DNA from: the human T2T-CHM13v2.0 reference genome, Homo sapiens
Length of the DNA stretch: 64,000 bases
Assembly: GCF_009914755.1 (NCBI RefSeq)
Contig: NC_060938.1
Direction: 5' to 3' (one strand)
Part shown: positions 13,536 through 25,589 of the stretch, in pieces
Numbering within the stretch: the stretch's first letter is position 1
Layout of the letters: each line of letters opens with the position of its first letter
Position numbers and translations under genes: made by a program
The notes under the pieces: model-generated
What the model was told of the DNA's origin: nothing
Databases searched by the model: none
What the model saw: the letters and a program-made list of their open reading frames with translations, nothing else

Positions 13536-14520
13536 TTTTTTAAATGTATAATTTCAGATGTATAGAAAAATTACAAAATAGTACAAAGATTTTCATATAC
13601 CTCAAGTCTACAAATGTAGCGTGTTACCTCATTTGCTTCATCCTTCTCTCTACACAGAGGCACACACCATTTTTTTCCAAACCATTTGATAGTAAATTAT
13701 AGATGATTCCTTTTTACTCTTAAACACTTTAAAGTGCATTTCCTAAAAAGAACTTTGTCTTATATAACCACAGTACAGTGATCAAAATCAGGAAGTTATC
13801 TTTGATATACTATTATTTATTCACATTTTACCAAACCCCCCACTTCTCTCGAAAGAAAAAAATAACCCAGAGCAATCCTGGATTATGCACCGCATTAGTT
13901 GTTACATCTGTCTTAGTATCTTAAAATCTGGAACAGTTCCTGTCTTTATTTGTGCTTCATGACCCTGACATTTATTTTGTAGAGTGTCCCTCAATTTGGA
14001 TTTATATGATGTTTCCTCATGATTAGATTTGGGGTTTATACTTTTGTTAGGAGTAACACAGAAGTGATGTGTTCTTTTTAGTGCATCATATTAGGAGATA
14101 CGTGATAGCGATATGTCCCATTACTAGTTATGTTACTTTGATCACTAGGTTATGGTTTCTCCACTGTAAAGTTACTATTTTCCTTTTTGTAATAAATATA
14201 TCTTGTGGGGAGGTACTTTGAGACTGTATCAATTATGTTTTTGCGCCTCAAGTTTCCCCCACTAGTTTTAGCAACCATATGATGATTCTTGCCTCAGTCA
14301 TTTATTATGTTAATCGACAAAAGGTGTTCTCTAATTTCATCATTTTTTCTACATTTATTTGTTGGCTTTCTCTTGTAAGTTTTCCCATCTCTAATTTACT
14401 TGTTTAAATCAGTATAGATACATGGATTTTTATTTTATTCAATGGATTATAATCCTTTCTGTCATCACGTATTTTGCTGTTGATACTGTTCCAGATTTGG
14501 CCAGTGGAAGCCTTTTTAAC
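13536..14520 (-). mobile_element. Old L1M (L1MC-like) 3' region
   Basis: ataatttcagatgtatagaaaaattacaaaatagtac...gttccagatttggccagtggaagcc. Confidence 0.75.
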
Positions 14521-15112
14521 TCTGACTTAAATTTTATGCTTTTATTTTTTCCTCGTTTCATTAACAGATCCCATAAGCACTGTATAGCCTAAGATGCCAT
14601 TTTGAACATTAAGTTTAGTGAATTATTAATAAGTGTTTTTATTTTTGAATTCCTTTTAAGTATTGTTTTTCAAATGAAAATAATAAAATCTACCTTTGGA
14701 ATTCTGAATTTCAAGTTTCCATGAAATAAGTTTGAGGTTTGTATATGATGGTGTATTTGATGTATTGATTTTTTTGGGGAAAGCAAGGTTTTTGGATTTT
14801 ATGTACAGCATTCAAAAGAAGATGGGGGGAAGCGTACTTTTTAATGAGTTTGTATTTAATCTTACGTAACCTATACTTAACCCTCCTCCCATTCTTCTAC
14901 CCCAGATTTCAGAGGAAGCTGTAAAAGCAGATTTTTACCTTCCTAAAATTTACATGTTTGAAATGATTGCCTTTAGAAATGTTAATGAAAAGATATTTGT
15001 GTCACATAGTCCAGTAATTGCTTTAGCTTAATCAAAAAGATAGTTACATTGTCTTTTTACATTTTCTATAGCAAAAATTAAGCTTGATTGAATGAATTGT
15101 TTTATGCTTATA

Positions 15113-15443
15113 CAGGTTAAGCATCCCTAATCCGAGAATCTGAAATCCTAAATGCTCCAAAATCCAAAACTTTTTGAGCACTGACATGAGGACACAAGTA
15201 GAAATTTCCACACATAAGCACTTAACACAAACTTTATTTCATGCACAAAATTATTAAAAATATTATATGAAATTACCTTCAGGCTATGTGTATAAGTTGT
15301 ACATTGAACATAAAAATGAATTTTGTGTTTAGACTTCAGTCCCATCCCCAAAATATCCCATTTTATATATGCAGATAATCCGAAGTCTGAAAAAATTTAA
15401 AATTGGAAATTATTGGCATTTCCAGTAAGGGAAACTCAACCTG
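15113..15443. mobile_element. Tigger4/MER46-like TcMar DNA transposon
   Basis: TA|caggttaagcatccct ... agggaaactcaacctg|TA terminal inverted repeats with TA TSD. Confidence 0.85.
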
Positions 15444-15537
15444 TAATCATTTTGGCTCAGTTAAATTTGGTAAATAGCAGTAGTCATTTTACCTTGAGTT
15501 GCAGTTGTACAAATTATATTTTTGCCTGTTTTTATAG

Positions 15538-15624
15538 CTGAAAAATACAAGGATTTAGTACCTGATAATTCAAAAACTGCTGACAATGCAACTAAAAATG
15601 CAGAACCATTGATCAATTTGGATG
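15538..15624 (+). CDS. RTRAF: RTRAF exon 4
   Basis: ttttatag| (A)EKYKDLVPDNSKTADNATKNAEPLINLD |gtgagt. Confidence 0.97.
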
Positions 15625-16315
15625 GTGAGTATATAAATGCATAACATTGAACATCAACATTTTTGGTTTTTTAAATGTTTTTTTCTTTGAAGAATGAAGT
15701 CCAGGTTTACTTGGTTTTAGTAAATTTAGAAGGATCCATGCAGACAGCATTTATGTTAACATTTTATTCTCTATAATGTTTTTATGATGTGCTTTCTCCT
15801 TCCCCTTGCATTTGAATATCTGAATGTTGATTTGATTTGCTTCTAGTAATTTGGAGTTTTGATTTGTATTTAATCATGGGGGTCATTGTTTGCCTTTTTG
15901 AATGTGTAAATTTCTTTTAATCCAATGACTCTATCAGACAAGTGGTAAAATTTTCCATTATTTTAAGTCCTGGATATCTTTTAGTAATTTCCCTTTTTAA
16001 AAATATGAAGAATCTAATTACCTAAATTATGATGTGTAAAATATTTGTTCACTGGCTAATTCATTGTGACCTATAATTTAGGAGTTAACCCTTTTGAATG
16101 AGTGAGCCTCTTGGACACTCCAGAGCTGCTGCTTAGAGAGAAGGTTTTGGGAAAACTATCCATGGAGGGGATCTATGTACTAAAATTAATGGCCTTGGGA
16201 AGAAATGTTAATTAAAAGTGCTGTATAATTTAGCCTTGCAGAAAAAGTTACAGGACAAATATAATGTGAGTTAAATTAGTCATTTATTGGATTATTCAGT
16301 TTGGCTGATGAAATA

Positions 16316-16540
16316 CAGATACTCCTTGACTTAGGATGAGATCATGTCCCAAAGTCGAAAATATCATAAGTCAAAAATGCATTTAATACCCCGGAAGACC
16401 CATTGTAAAGCTGAAAAATTGTAGTTGGAACCACTGTAAGTTCAGATTTTCCTCATCTTGCACTAGGGTTACATCCCACTGAACTCATTGTAAGGTCAAA
16501 AAATTACAAGTCTAACCATCCTAAGTTGGGGACCGTCTCA
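16316..16540. mobile_element. MER47/Tigger5-like MITE
   Basis: TA|cagatactccttgactta ... taagttggggaccgtctc. Confidence 0.75.
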
Positions 16541-16751
16541 TACAGTAATAGGAAAACCATTTTATCTTACCAATTTATTTAATTGTTGATAGTCTACAGG
16601 GCTTTCTTTTTTCTCTTGTGAGTAGCAGTTTTAAAAACTAAGAGATTTGTTGCTACCGAAAAGTTAAAAATGTTTTTGTATGTTCACAAATATGTTTGTA
16701 ATTATACGTTTGCAGGGTTGTAAGTTTTTGTTTGTTTTTAATCTTTTATAG

Positions 16752-16840
16752 TAAATAATCCTGATTTTAAGGCTGGTGTGATGGCTTTGGCTAACCTGCT
16801 TCAGATTCAGCGTCATGATGATTACCTGGTAATGCTTAAG
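16752..16840 (+). CDS. RTRAF: RTRAF exon 5
   Basis: ttttatag| (V)NNPDFKAGVMALANLLQIQRHDDYLVMLK |gtcagc. Confidence 0.97.
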
Positions 16841-18841
16841 GTCAGCTTCATGTTCTTGATTCTTGACAGAAACTGTGCACATAGAAAAATGTCTTTATTT
16901 TCTAAATATTAACTATTGATATTAAAATTATGGTTGAATGACTAAAATACACAGAAGAATATGAAACATAAAGTAGATTTCATGGTTTTATCTGATTTGG
17001 ATTCTGTTTTCTGCCTGCACTATGCTAAATCCTTTGCAAAGATGTTCTCATTCAATCCTGCCAACAATCCTAGAGACAGCTGCTAATATCTTTTTAAAAA
17101 TATATATCATATGAAGAAACTGAGACTCAATGAGGATAATGTCTAAGATGACACAGAAAATGACAGAGCCAGGATTTTAAGCACTATAACCCTGTGGTCC
17201 ATTGTTTTTCCCACATTACCCTACTTCTGTTTAGTTAGTCTTTTTAATGATTCATAGTCTGCATTTGTTAAGATGGTCGAAAATGCCAAATGAGTAATGG
17301 TGAATTTGGTCAAAAATATATAACCCCAAAATCTCTTTGAGAAATGAATCTTTCTGTCCCCGATGCTAGATAGGCCACTCAGTTCATAACTATACTTCAG
17401 GAATCCCAGTAATCTGAAAGAGGTCTCTTGTTTCTGAGAGAAATCATAAACTTCAGAAGATTTATTCCTAGTAATCGTGAAAGTACAGTGGTGTGGATCA
17501 GGGGAGTGGTACTTAAGATACCAGACTTGGAAATTTTATAAGAGATTAAAAGCTTTTAACTAGACCTTGTGCATGTAAACTACTTTGTGATAAATATCAC
17601 TCTACCCAGAAGAGATTAAGCCATAACTTACCATGCTTTTTAGATTTTTATTATTAAATGTCAGTTTTAACAAGACTGTTGTATTCCTAAGTTATTAAAA
17701 TTTTCTATACTGAATCTGAATGTTAACTTGGATTTTCTCAATCCAGATTGCATGCCAAAAGACAAAAATGTTTTTAGTGAAATTTAGCTATTTCAAAGGC
17801 TTGTTCTTTATTCCGACAATTATGTAAATTGCCTTGGAACTGTTCTATAGTGATCATGTCAGCTTTAATCATAAAGTAAGTGAGAGGAGAGTCAGACAAT
17901 GCATAGCGTATTTGGGATGCTTTTGTTAGACTTCAAAACCCAAGGGGATAAAGTATAAATCAACTACAACAAAATGCTATAAAATTCTAGTCCTGCTGCA
18001 CATTTGTCCCTTTTGAGTTATTTTAAGAGGCATTCAAACAATAACATAATATGGAAAACATCTTAGTACGTTTGCCAAGTACAAGCATCAGTATATTAAC
18101 TGTTTGGCAACCAGACTATTTAATAACATCTGCAATAACTGTTAAACATTGTTTGAATTCGGTTTTTCAAAGATAGCATTTGGTTTTTTATTTAAAAATT
18201 ATAGTTTAAGTTTTCACACTTATTTTTGAGTTGTAATTGTCATCTTCCTAATTAAAATTCCATTTTTTTAAAATTTGATTTTTAAGTGTGTATGGATACT
18301 TGCATGCATGCCTACCATAATGAAATGCCTTGGTGATTAAAACCACCAACGGTGTCCTTTGAAAGGTTTGAAAATATTTTACTAGAGTGAAGTGATAAAA
18401 GCAAAGTGTAAGACAGTATGTATGATCTGCTACCCTTTGTGTCAAAAATGTGTATTCGTGCTAAGCATGCTCGTCATTTCGCAGTTTTAGTGAGGGTAAG
18501 GAATCTGTAGGGGATCGCAAGGCTCAGGTAGGAAGGAGACCTACTTTTTACCATGTGTCTTGCTGTATTTAAAGTTGTTTTTTACCAGTCACGTGCATTA
18601 CCTATTCAAAAAATGGTTTTAATTGTTGCAAGCACCATTCAACATTATTAAAATACTGGAAGTGTGAAAGGTTACGTTATATTAGTGGGTTTTTTTTATT
18701 TTTAATTTAATGGGGAGTTTATTAATGAACTTAGGTAATTCTGACTTCATCAAAATGAGCATCCTTATTCTCTGGGCTCATAGAAGAAAGGATGACAGGT
18801 ACACAGCCTATAAAAAGTAAAAATATTTTTGGGTTTCTTAG

Positions 18842-18910
18842 GCAATTCGGATTTTGGTTCAGGAGCGCCTGACACAGGATGCAGTTGCTAAGGCAAATCA
18901 AACAAAAGAG
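18842..18910 (+). CDS. RTRAF: RTRAF exon 6
   Basis: tttcttag| AIRILVQERLTQDAVAKANQTKE |gtacgt. Confidence 0.97.
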
Positions 18911-21237
18911 GTACGTTTCTATAAATCCTAAATAAGTTGTTAATGAACATTTCTTCTGGTATGGCCGTGATTTTAAACTTTGCATGTATCTGTTTAAGAT
19001 ATCCATTCTACGTTCTACAACTTAGAGAAAGGATAGCTTACTTCAGTGCTTCCTAAAGCAAATTGAATGTATTCAGTGGCTAGGGGGTCATTTTTGAGTG
19101 AAAAACTTCATGTTCCTCTCACTTTGTACCTTAAAAAAGCCACAAATAGCTCATGCACAGTCCACAAATCATGCTTGTGGCCCGTTGAAGTTTATTTAAA
19201 ATGAGTTACCCATATGAAACTTACTGGATTATTTTGACTCATGCTGGAGAAGAAGGAACACACCTCACTACAAATTAGTTTTCTTTTTCTATCTAAATTC
19301 TATCCTTGCTCTTATTTCTTCAGAGTAAATTCTTGTTTTATTCAATTTCCTGGCATAAAACATGAGAAAGTAATTTGGCTAAGGTCACCTAGTTGGTAAG
19401 TGACTGAGCTCAGGCAGTCTGACTTGAGAGCCTGTGCTCTTACGGTAGGTGGGGAGAAGGGTCCATGCGTGGATGTCTGCATGAGCTTGTCAGTCTGCCC
19501 AGGTGAAGGGACAGGGGGTTCTGTTGGAGTGTAAGGTTCAAGGTACAGGTGACTGAAATGGTATCTTTCAGTCCTACCTTGTAGGCTGAGAAAAGCTATA
19601 TCCCATGACTACCTTCCCCTTAAAGAGAAAATATGGAACATTTTTAGATTATATCAGAAATCCAAAGATGCCTAAAGTTTCACTGGCTGTGCAGCGGTGG
19701 AGAGACTGTCCTCAGGTCAGCAGCAGCAGTGTCTGATAACACCTGCCTCCTGCAGCAATGATGTTGTAGTGAATGCCTTGGGCACAACTATGTTGTTTGT
19801 CCTCCCTGCGCCCTTCCCCCATCTCCCAATGCCTTTTGTCCTCCAGCCCCTTTAGGCAGGCCAAGCAGTGTTAAAAGGTTACTAATGCCAGGGCAGTATC
19901 TCTGAAAGACACTGTTTTCTTTTAAAGGTTCTTACTGGCTCGTTGTATATGAATCGAGCCACTGGAAGTTGGGTTAAAGATCAGCTTATTTCACCCACAC
20001 TATAGAACAGACAGTAAATTGTTCTGGTGTAATAAAGTCATTCATTCATTCATTCATTCCTTCAGCAAAACTATGCTTTGGAAGGCAGTGTAAGTAAAGG
20101 CTTAGCCAAATCTCTTTGCTCTTGTTTGTAAAGTAAAATTTAGTTTTATTTTTAATGCTCCAAATTTTAATTTTGGTGTCATCTCAAAAGATACCAGCCT
20201 ATAACAATTTAGTGGAGTTCTTACAGTCTAGTGTACTTATAAGCATTTATAACTACTATTTGAGGCATATGGTAGTTTTCAGGGGTAGCTTGGTGGCCTG
20301 TTGGCAAAGGAAAAAAAAGTGGAGCCTCTGGTACTAGATGAACATATAAAGCCACTCAGTACAATTCTGCTCTTTAATTTTGCTCACTTGTGCTTTCGTA
20401 CCCATTGGTTTCTTCAGACTTACATGTGTTAGCTGTTTTAAAGCAGACAGAGCCTACGTAGATTTACATTACTAGATAAGGCAAGAATTGAGCAGTGACT
20501 AAAGCATTTGAATAGTAACAGGTTGTAACATTGAAAGATTGAAAGTACGGGTAGTGTGTTTTTCTTGGCAGTGATTTTATATAATCAGCAGGAAGTACAG
20601 ACTGTCCTCATTTTAGAATTTGTTTCTGTGAAGTTTGGCATCACCATAGTCACCATCTTTAGTATGTCCATAGGTGCTGAGTGGTTTAGTTTTTCATTTT
20701 CCTAGACTGTTTGTTTCAAAGTAACTTCCAAGTCAAGTCTTGAAAGTTAAATTATACATAATTATACATAATCTTGGCAAACACCATGCTGGCTGAAAGG
20801 TTCGTACAATTTGTAAAGACAAATTAATGTGCTCAGAAATGGAATATAAGGTACTATTTTTGCCGTTTATACTGTTGCTTACTGTCGCCAAAATAAGACA
20901 GTAACAGCCTGGCTCAACTTGCCTTCCATAGCAGTAATGACAAGGCACTGCTGCAATAAGGATATATTGTTTTGTATGCCTGGGCTAAAGGATTGGATGA
21001 GCTATAGAGCTTCCTGGTACATTTAAAGGTTAACTTTTCCCCCTAACCGGTTGAAATAGGGAAAACTCGCTAATCACAATCATCACAAAGCAAATATAAA
21101 CAAAATTCCTAGTTCCCTTGCCCATGCAGCTAAAAGAGTTAAGACACCAGAATAGCTAGGTGCTTTTCAGTTTCAGTTGAGGAAAGGATGCTATTCTTAA
21201 CCATAAATACTCTCATTTTGTCTTTCTTTTTTTAAAG

Positions 21238-21286
21238 GGCTTACCTGTTGCTTTAGACAAACATATTCTTGGTTTTGACACAGGAG
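21238..21286 (+). CDS. RTRAF: RTRAF exon 7
   Basis: tttttaaag| GLPVALDKHILGFDTG |gtaagt. Confidence 0.97.
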
Positions 21287-21405
21287 GTAAGTGATTTTGT
21301 TTAAATTCAAACTATTTTTTTTACAGACTGAATACTTGGGAGGAAATAAATGGCCTTAAATGTAAAAATTATGTATTGAAGCAGTGTTCTTTTCTCATAA
21401 AACAG

Positions 21406-21560
21406 ATGCAGTTCTTAATGAAGCTGCTCAAATTCTGCGATTGCTGCACATAGAGGAGCTCAGAGAGCTACAGACAAAAATCAACGAAGCCATAGTAGCT
21501 GTTCAGGCAATTATTGCTGATCCAAAGACAGACCACAGACTGGGAAAAGTTGGAAGATGA
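21406..21560 (+). CDS. RTRAF: RTRAF exon 8 coding part
   Basis: aaaacag| (D)AVLNEAAQILRLLHIEELRELQTKINEAIVAVQAIIADPKTDHRLGKVGR, stop TGA 21558-21560. Confidence 0.97.
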
Positions 21561-21718
21561 ACACTTGAGGACTTCAGCTTCTCACCTACTTAGTACAGTT
21601 GGGAACCATACACTTCTGGCATGTTTGGAAATCAAAATGTCACATTCTCGGGGGAGGAAGCCCAGAAAATTGGGTATGTTCTAGAGATTTACCACCATTG
21701 CTTATTGCTTTTTTCTTT

Positions 21719-21724
21719 AATAAA
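21719..21724 (+). terminator. RTRAF: RTRAF proximal polyadenylation signal AATAAA
   Basis: AATAAA 158 nt after the stop, followed by a U/GU-rich element (tttttattatgtactgtatgttt). Confidence 0.8.
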
Positions 21725-21866
21725 GTTTAGGAAAGTAGAATTTTTATTATGTACTGTATGTTTGCATAAATCACCTTTCTCCTTTGTGGTTAAGGCATAT
21801 ATGCCAACCCCCAGCTTTGTCCTAGAGACAATATAGATCCTTAAGTCATAGGAAAACTTAAAACAC

Positions 21867-21872
21867 TTTATT
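21867..21872 (-). terminator. NID2: NID2 polyadenylation signal AATAAA
   Basis: TTTATT on + strand ~660 nt past the NID2 stop; downstream on - strand reads gtgttttaagttttcc (GU/U-rich). Confidence 0.75.
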
Positions 21873-22529
21873 GGAGTAATCTAGAAAATTTTAAAATTGT
21901 TACATCTTTGGTATTTATAAATGTGATACTTTACTTTCTGTGGGTACTTCTATAGAGGCACTACAGGATCAGAAAATGCAAATTGAATCATTTTAGCACC
22001 TTTTGATATAAATAGAAATGCACTGATGCAGAGGTAAAAAATCTTAGAACTTTTGTTGGGAAACTATAAATAATTGGTCCTTTCCCATCAGTTCTGCATT
22101 GGCTTCTCCAACTGTCAAGGTTTAGGATTATATTGTTATATTGATCACATGTGCTTTAATTTCTTGGCCAGAAGGAATCCATGGCAAAAATCAGGTTTAG
22201 AGTCTTAAACTCTAATTCTTAGTTGAATGAATTTGATCTTTTAAATATTAATGATAAATGTTTACAAGAAGTTGCTTTAATAAGCAACAGTTAAAATTCT
22301 GTTACCTTTTTAAACTTGCAATAACAACCTTCATTTTTAAAAATACAGTAGTAAAGATTGAGGTATCAGCTTTTCACAAAAGTCTTTTTGCACTACAAAA
22401 TGTTCATCTTGGATGCTCAGGAACGTCTAATGGCCAATTCCTTTTTTACTTTCTTTGCCTTTGCAGTCACTGTTCTTTAGGGTCCAGGTTCTGATTGTAA
22501 ACTCCAAGTCTTCCTTTACATTACTGTAC

Positions 22530-22540
22530 TTACTTTCTTC
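22530..22540 (-). CDS. NID2: NID2 last exon (22) coding part, (G)RK*
   Basis: ctctcacag|GA AGA AAG TAA. Confidence 0.92.
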
Positions 22541-22780
22541 CTGTGAGAGAAGAGCAGGGGTGGGACAGGGTGGTGGGTGAGTATATTGTAACCAAGTTGC
22601 AACAGCAAGTCTTTGCATTTTGTGTATAAACTAGGTAGATTTAAGGTAGTAAAGACTGGCCCTCAGGGCAGGAAGAAGGCAATGGTGGCAGTGTCACAGG
22701 CAGCAGGGGTAATCAAATACCATATATATCCCTTCTCTACCCTGCTAATTTAAAGGAGCATCCTAAAGCATACTTTTTAC

Positions 22781-22893
22781 CTGTTGGGCAGTAGGGGTAG
22801 ACTGCAGTTATCCCGTAGAGGTGAGATCGTTGTTCTGGGAGATACTCATCAGTAAACTGGCCACTATGTTTATTTACTGATACAACACCATCC
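22781..22893 (-). CDS. NID2: NID2 exon 21
   Basis: (R)[37 protein letters not shown]; accag| ... |gtaaaa. Confidence 0.95.
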
Positions 22894-23580
22894 CTGGTAA
22901 CAGAAAGGAAGAGTGAATTCAGGGACAGTCATTTACTAGATAAAGAAGTCAGTCAGCCACAGAAAATCAGTTGCAATAGAGGAAAATTTCTGGCAGCCTT
23001 CTCTGTCCCAGGGCTGGTGCTAAAGCCATACTGAAGTTTGAAGACCATTGCTCTAAATCCATTGCTCATCTCTAGCTGCATGTTAGAATCACATGATGAG
23101 CTATCAAATCAGAGTTGTAGGGCATGGTGTAAAGGGCTTAGACTTTAATGTTCCACAGTTCCTCATTTGAGAACTAGTCTAAATAGTATTTTTCGGTCCC
23201 TCAGACAATATGTCCACAGTGTCAAAAGCCAACTTAAGCCCTGTAATATAGCTCATGGTATCAAGGGTAGTCTTATTCTCTAAAGAACATATTTAGATTA
23301 ATATGCTCCCTTTTGAGACATTATCCAATAGCTTTGCTACTTTTTAAGCTATATGTGAGCAATACCATTCGATTTCTGGGTGAAGTAAAAGGATGATTTC
23401 AAAAACATGAAAGGATGAAAAACATCCTTGAAGGATCTTATCTGCCAATGAGGAGGTGATGAAACAAAAGCCTCAGAGGGCTTAATGAGTCAAGTCAGGT
23501 ACTGACTTTTGGTAAAACAAGTGGTGTGTCCTCTGGAACAGTTGGCCTTTTCAGGCTTGTCCAGAATTTGTGGGGCTCAC

Positions 23581-23704
23581 CTCCTCCAGTCTGTGTGGTA
23601 GAAGTGATCTGCATAGCTTACGATGCTGAAGGGGTACTTGAGGTTGTTTTGAATGACACGCCGTCCAGTTCCATCAGGTAGTGTACACTCCAGTTTTTTG
23701 GTTC
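23581..23704 (-). CDS. NID2: NID2 exon 20 (propeller)
   Basis: (G)[40 protein letters not shown]; aaag| ... |gtgagc. Confidence 0.95.
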
Positions 23705-24853
23705 CTTTTAAAACAAAGGGGGAAAATGAGGTCCTTCAGCTGCTTTGCCAAAAATGATAGTGACATAGTGATAGTGACACAGTGATAGAATGGGGAAATA
23801 GGATATTTTACTTCCATTACAGTCATAGATTAGCAACTGTAAAATTACCTGTCCTATTACTAGTCTCCAGTTTTTAGTAGAGATTCAAACTTTCAATCCT
23901 TTTTTGGAAGACAGGATTGCATTTACTGAAATCTGGTAAGTTTCTGCCAAAGTAGGGCATTAAACATAATTATTTTTATAATTTGTGTGATTTCAAGCCT
24001 TAGCTTATAAATTATAACATCTGGGTAAATACTTGCCCTTTGTAAGCTATGTCTATAATTACTGAGGCAACCTTTTAACCAAAATCCTTAGTATTTTTAA
24101 AATATTTTCTAGGTAGGAGGAAAAAAGTGACTAAAATGGTAACATAACTCATATTTCAATGTAAAGGAATCAGTCTTAAAAATTTTTACAATAGCTAAAC
24201 CATTCAAGAATTTCCAAGTTTCACATTTCTCATGGAGCCGATTTAAATTTCAAATCCTTTTAAGAAATGTAACTTGTTTTAAACAACTGGGTTATAAAAG
24301 TGACCTATGTACATTAGGCCCTTTTATTAGATTACAAATTCAAGAACAGTCTTTTTCATATTCTTTAGTATAGAACTAGACACACAGCATTTTTTCAGTT
24401 GTGCTGATAAAAGCAAACAAATGTAGGTTGCTAATACCCATGTTATTACTGAAGGAAGCTACCCTGCTACAATGCTTTCCAAAGAATGTCCTTAGCATTA
24501 TAACAGATGTTTATAGGTAAGTTATAGTGACCCTCTCCCCGCATAAGAATAACTTCACTTAAGTTTGTCAATTCAACAATGGCTAATTCTTTTAACTGTT
24601 AAAAATATGCCAGGCACTCATGGTCAGGCAAGCAGTACAAACTTACTGCTTGATATATCCTTCCCTCCACCCAAACCCCAGAAAGTTCATTTTAAGACTC
24701 ATTTACTAGTACTTAAATTTACTAGTACTTAAAAGTTTACAGACCAAAGAAAGGAGATCTAAGTGATGGGATTTCATTTTGTAGTAAAATCTGTTAGTGC
24801 TCACATTCACTGTGATGAGAGGTTATCTATTTGCATTCCATCAGTAGTATTAC

Positions 24854-25011
24854 CTGCATCTGCCCAGCAGAGCAGTTTAGAGAAAGGGTCAAAGGTTAAG
24901 CCATTGGGCAATCCAATGTCTGTATTGATCAGAATTCTTCTGTTTTCTCCATCTAAAGATGACGTTTCAATTTTAGGAGCTTCTCTATTCCAGTCTGTCC
25001 AGTACAAGTTG
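24854..25011 (-). CDS. NID2: NID2 exon 19 (YWTD repeat)
   Basis: [52 protein letters not shown]; ttacag| ... |gtaata. Confidence 0.97.
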
Positions 25012-25055
25012 CTGTAAGTTAAAAATCAAGATTGTAAAAGAATAGCCATGTAGCC

Positions 25056-25589
25056 TGTGGTAGGCAGCATCTAAGCAGCCCCCAGTGATCTCCATCTCCT
25101 CATGTATTATAGCCTTAAGCAATCCCCTTGAGTTTGGGCTGCATTAGTAGTGTCTTGCTTCTTCTAGTGCATAGAGTATAGCAGAAGTGATAGGCTATCA
25201 CTGCCGATATTCGGTCTCAAAAAACTGGTTTCTGCCTTAGGGGCTCTCTCTTGCTCCCTTTGAGGGAAGCTGGATGCCATGTTGCAAGCTACCCTGTAAA
25301 GGGGAACATGTGCCAAGGAACTGATGTCCTTGAGGGCTGTTGGCCAGAGACATTAGTCTTGCCTGTAGCCCATGTGAGCATGCTTGGGCTGTGTCTTCCC
25401 CGAGCTGAGCCTTGTGATCACTGCAGTTTGGCCATTACCTGATTGCAGCCTTGTGAGAGACTCCATGCCTGAGGGAGCTCGGTGAAGACACACTTGGATT
25501 CCTGACTCACAGAAACTGTGAGACTAAATGTTATCTTACACTGCTGAGGGTTTGGGCAATTTCTTACACAGCAGTAGGTAACTAATACA
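25056..25589 (+). mobile_element. MaLR LTR (MLT1F/E-like), ~45 nt from the NID2 exon 19 acceptor
   Basis: tgtggtaggcagcatctaag...gcagtaggtaactaataca; TSD tagcc/cagcc. Confidence 0.85.

Larger units (their letters stand above)
6684..21560 (+). other. RTRAF: RTRAF gene, CDS span (8 exons, 244 aa): RNA transcription, translation and transport factor, tRNA ligase (RTCB) complex subunit
   Basis: Eight GT-AG exons of 61+125+100+87+89+69+49+155 = 735 nt translate to MFRRKLTALDYHNPAGFNCK...DPKTDHRLGKVGR*, recognised as RTRAF/C14orf166. Confidence 0.98.

Noticed and set aside
22869-22874. AATAAA on - strand inside NID2 exon 21
   Set aside because: Explained by Asn-Lys codons (AAT AAA); no evidence of use as a poly(A) signal
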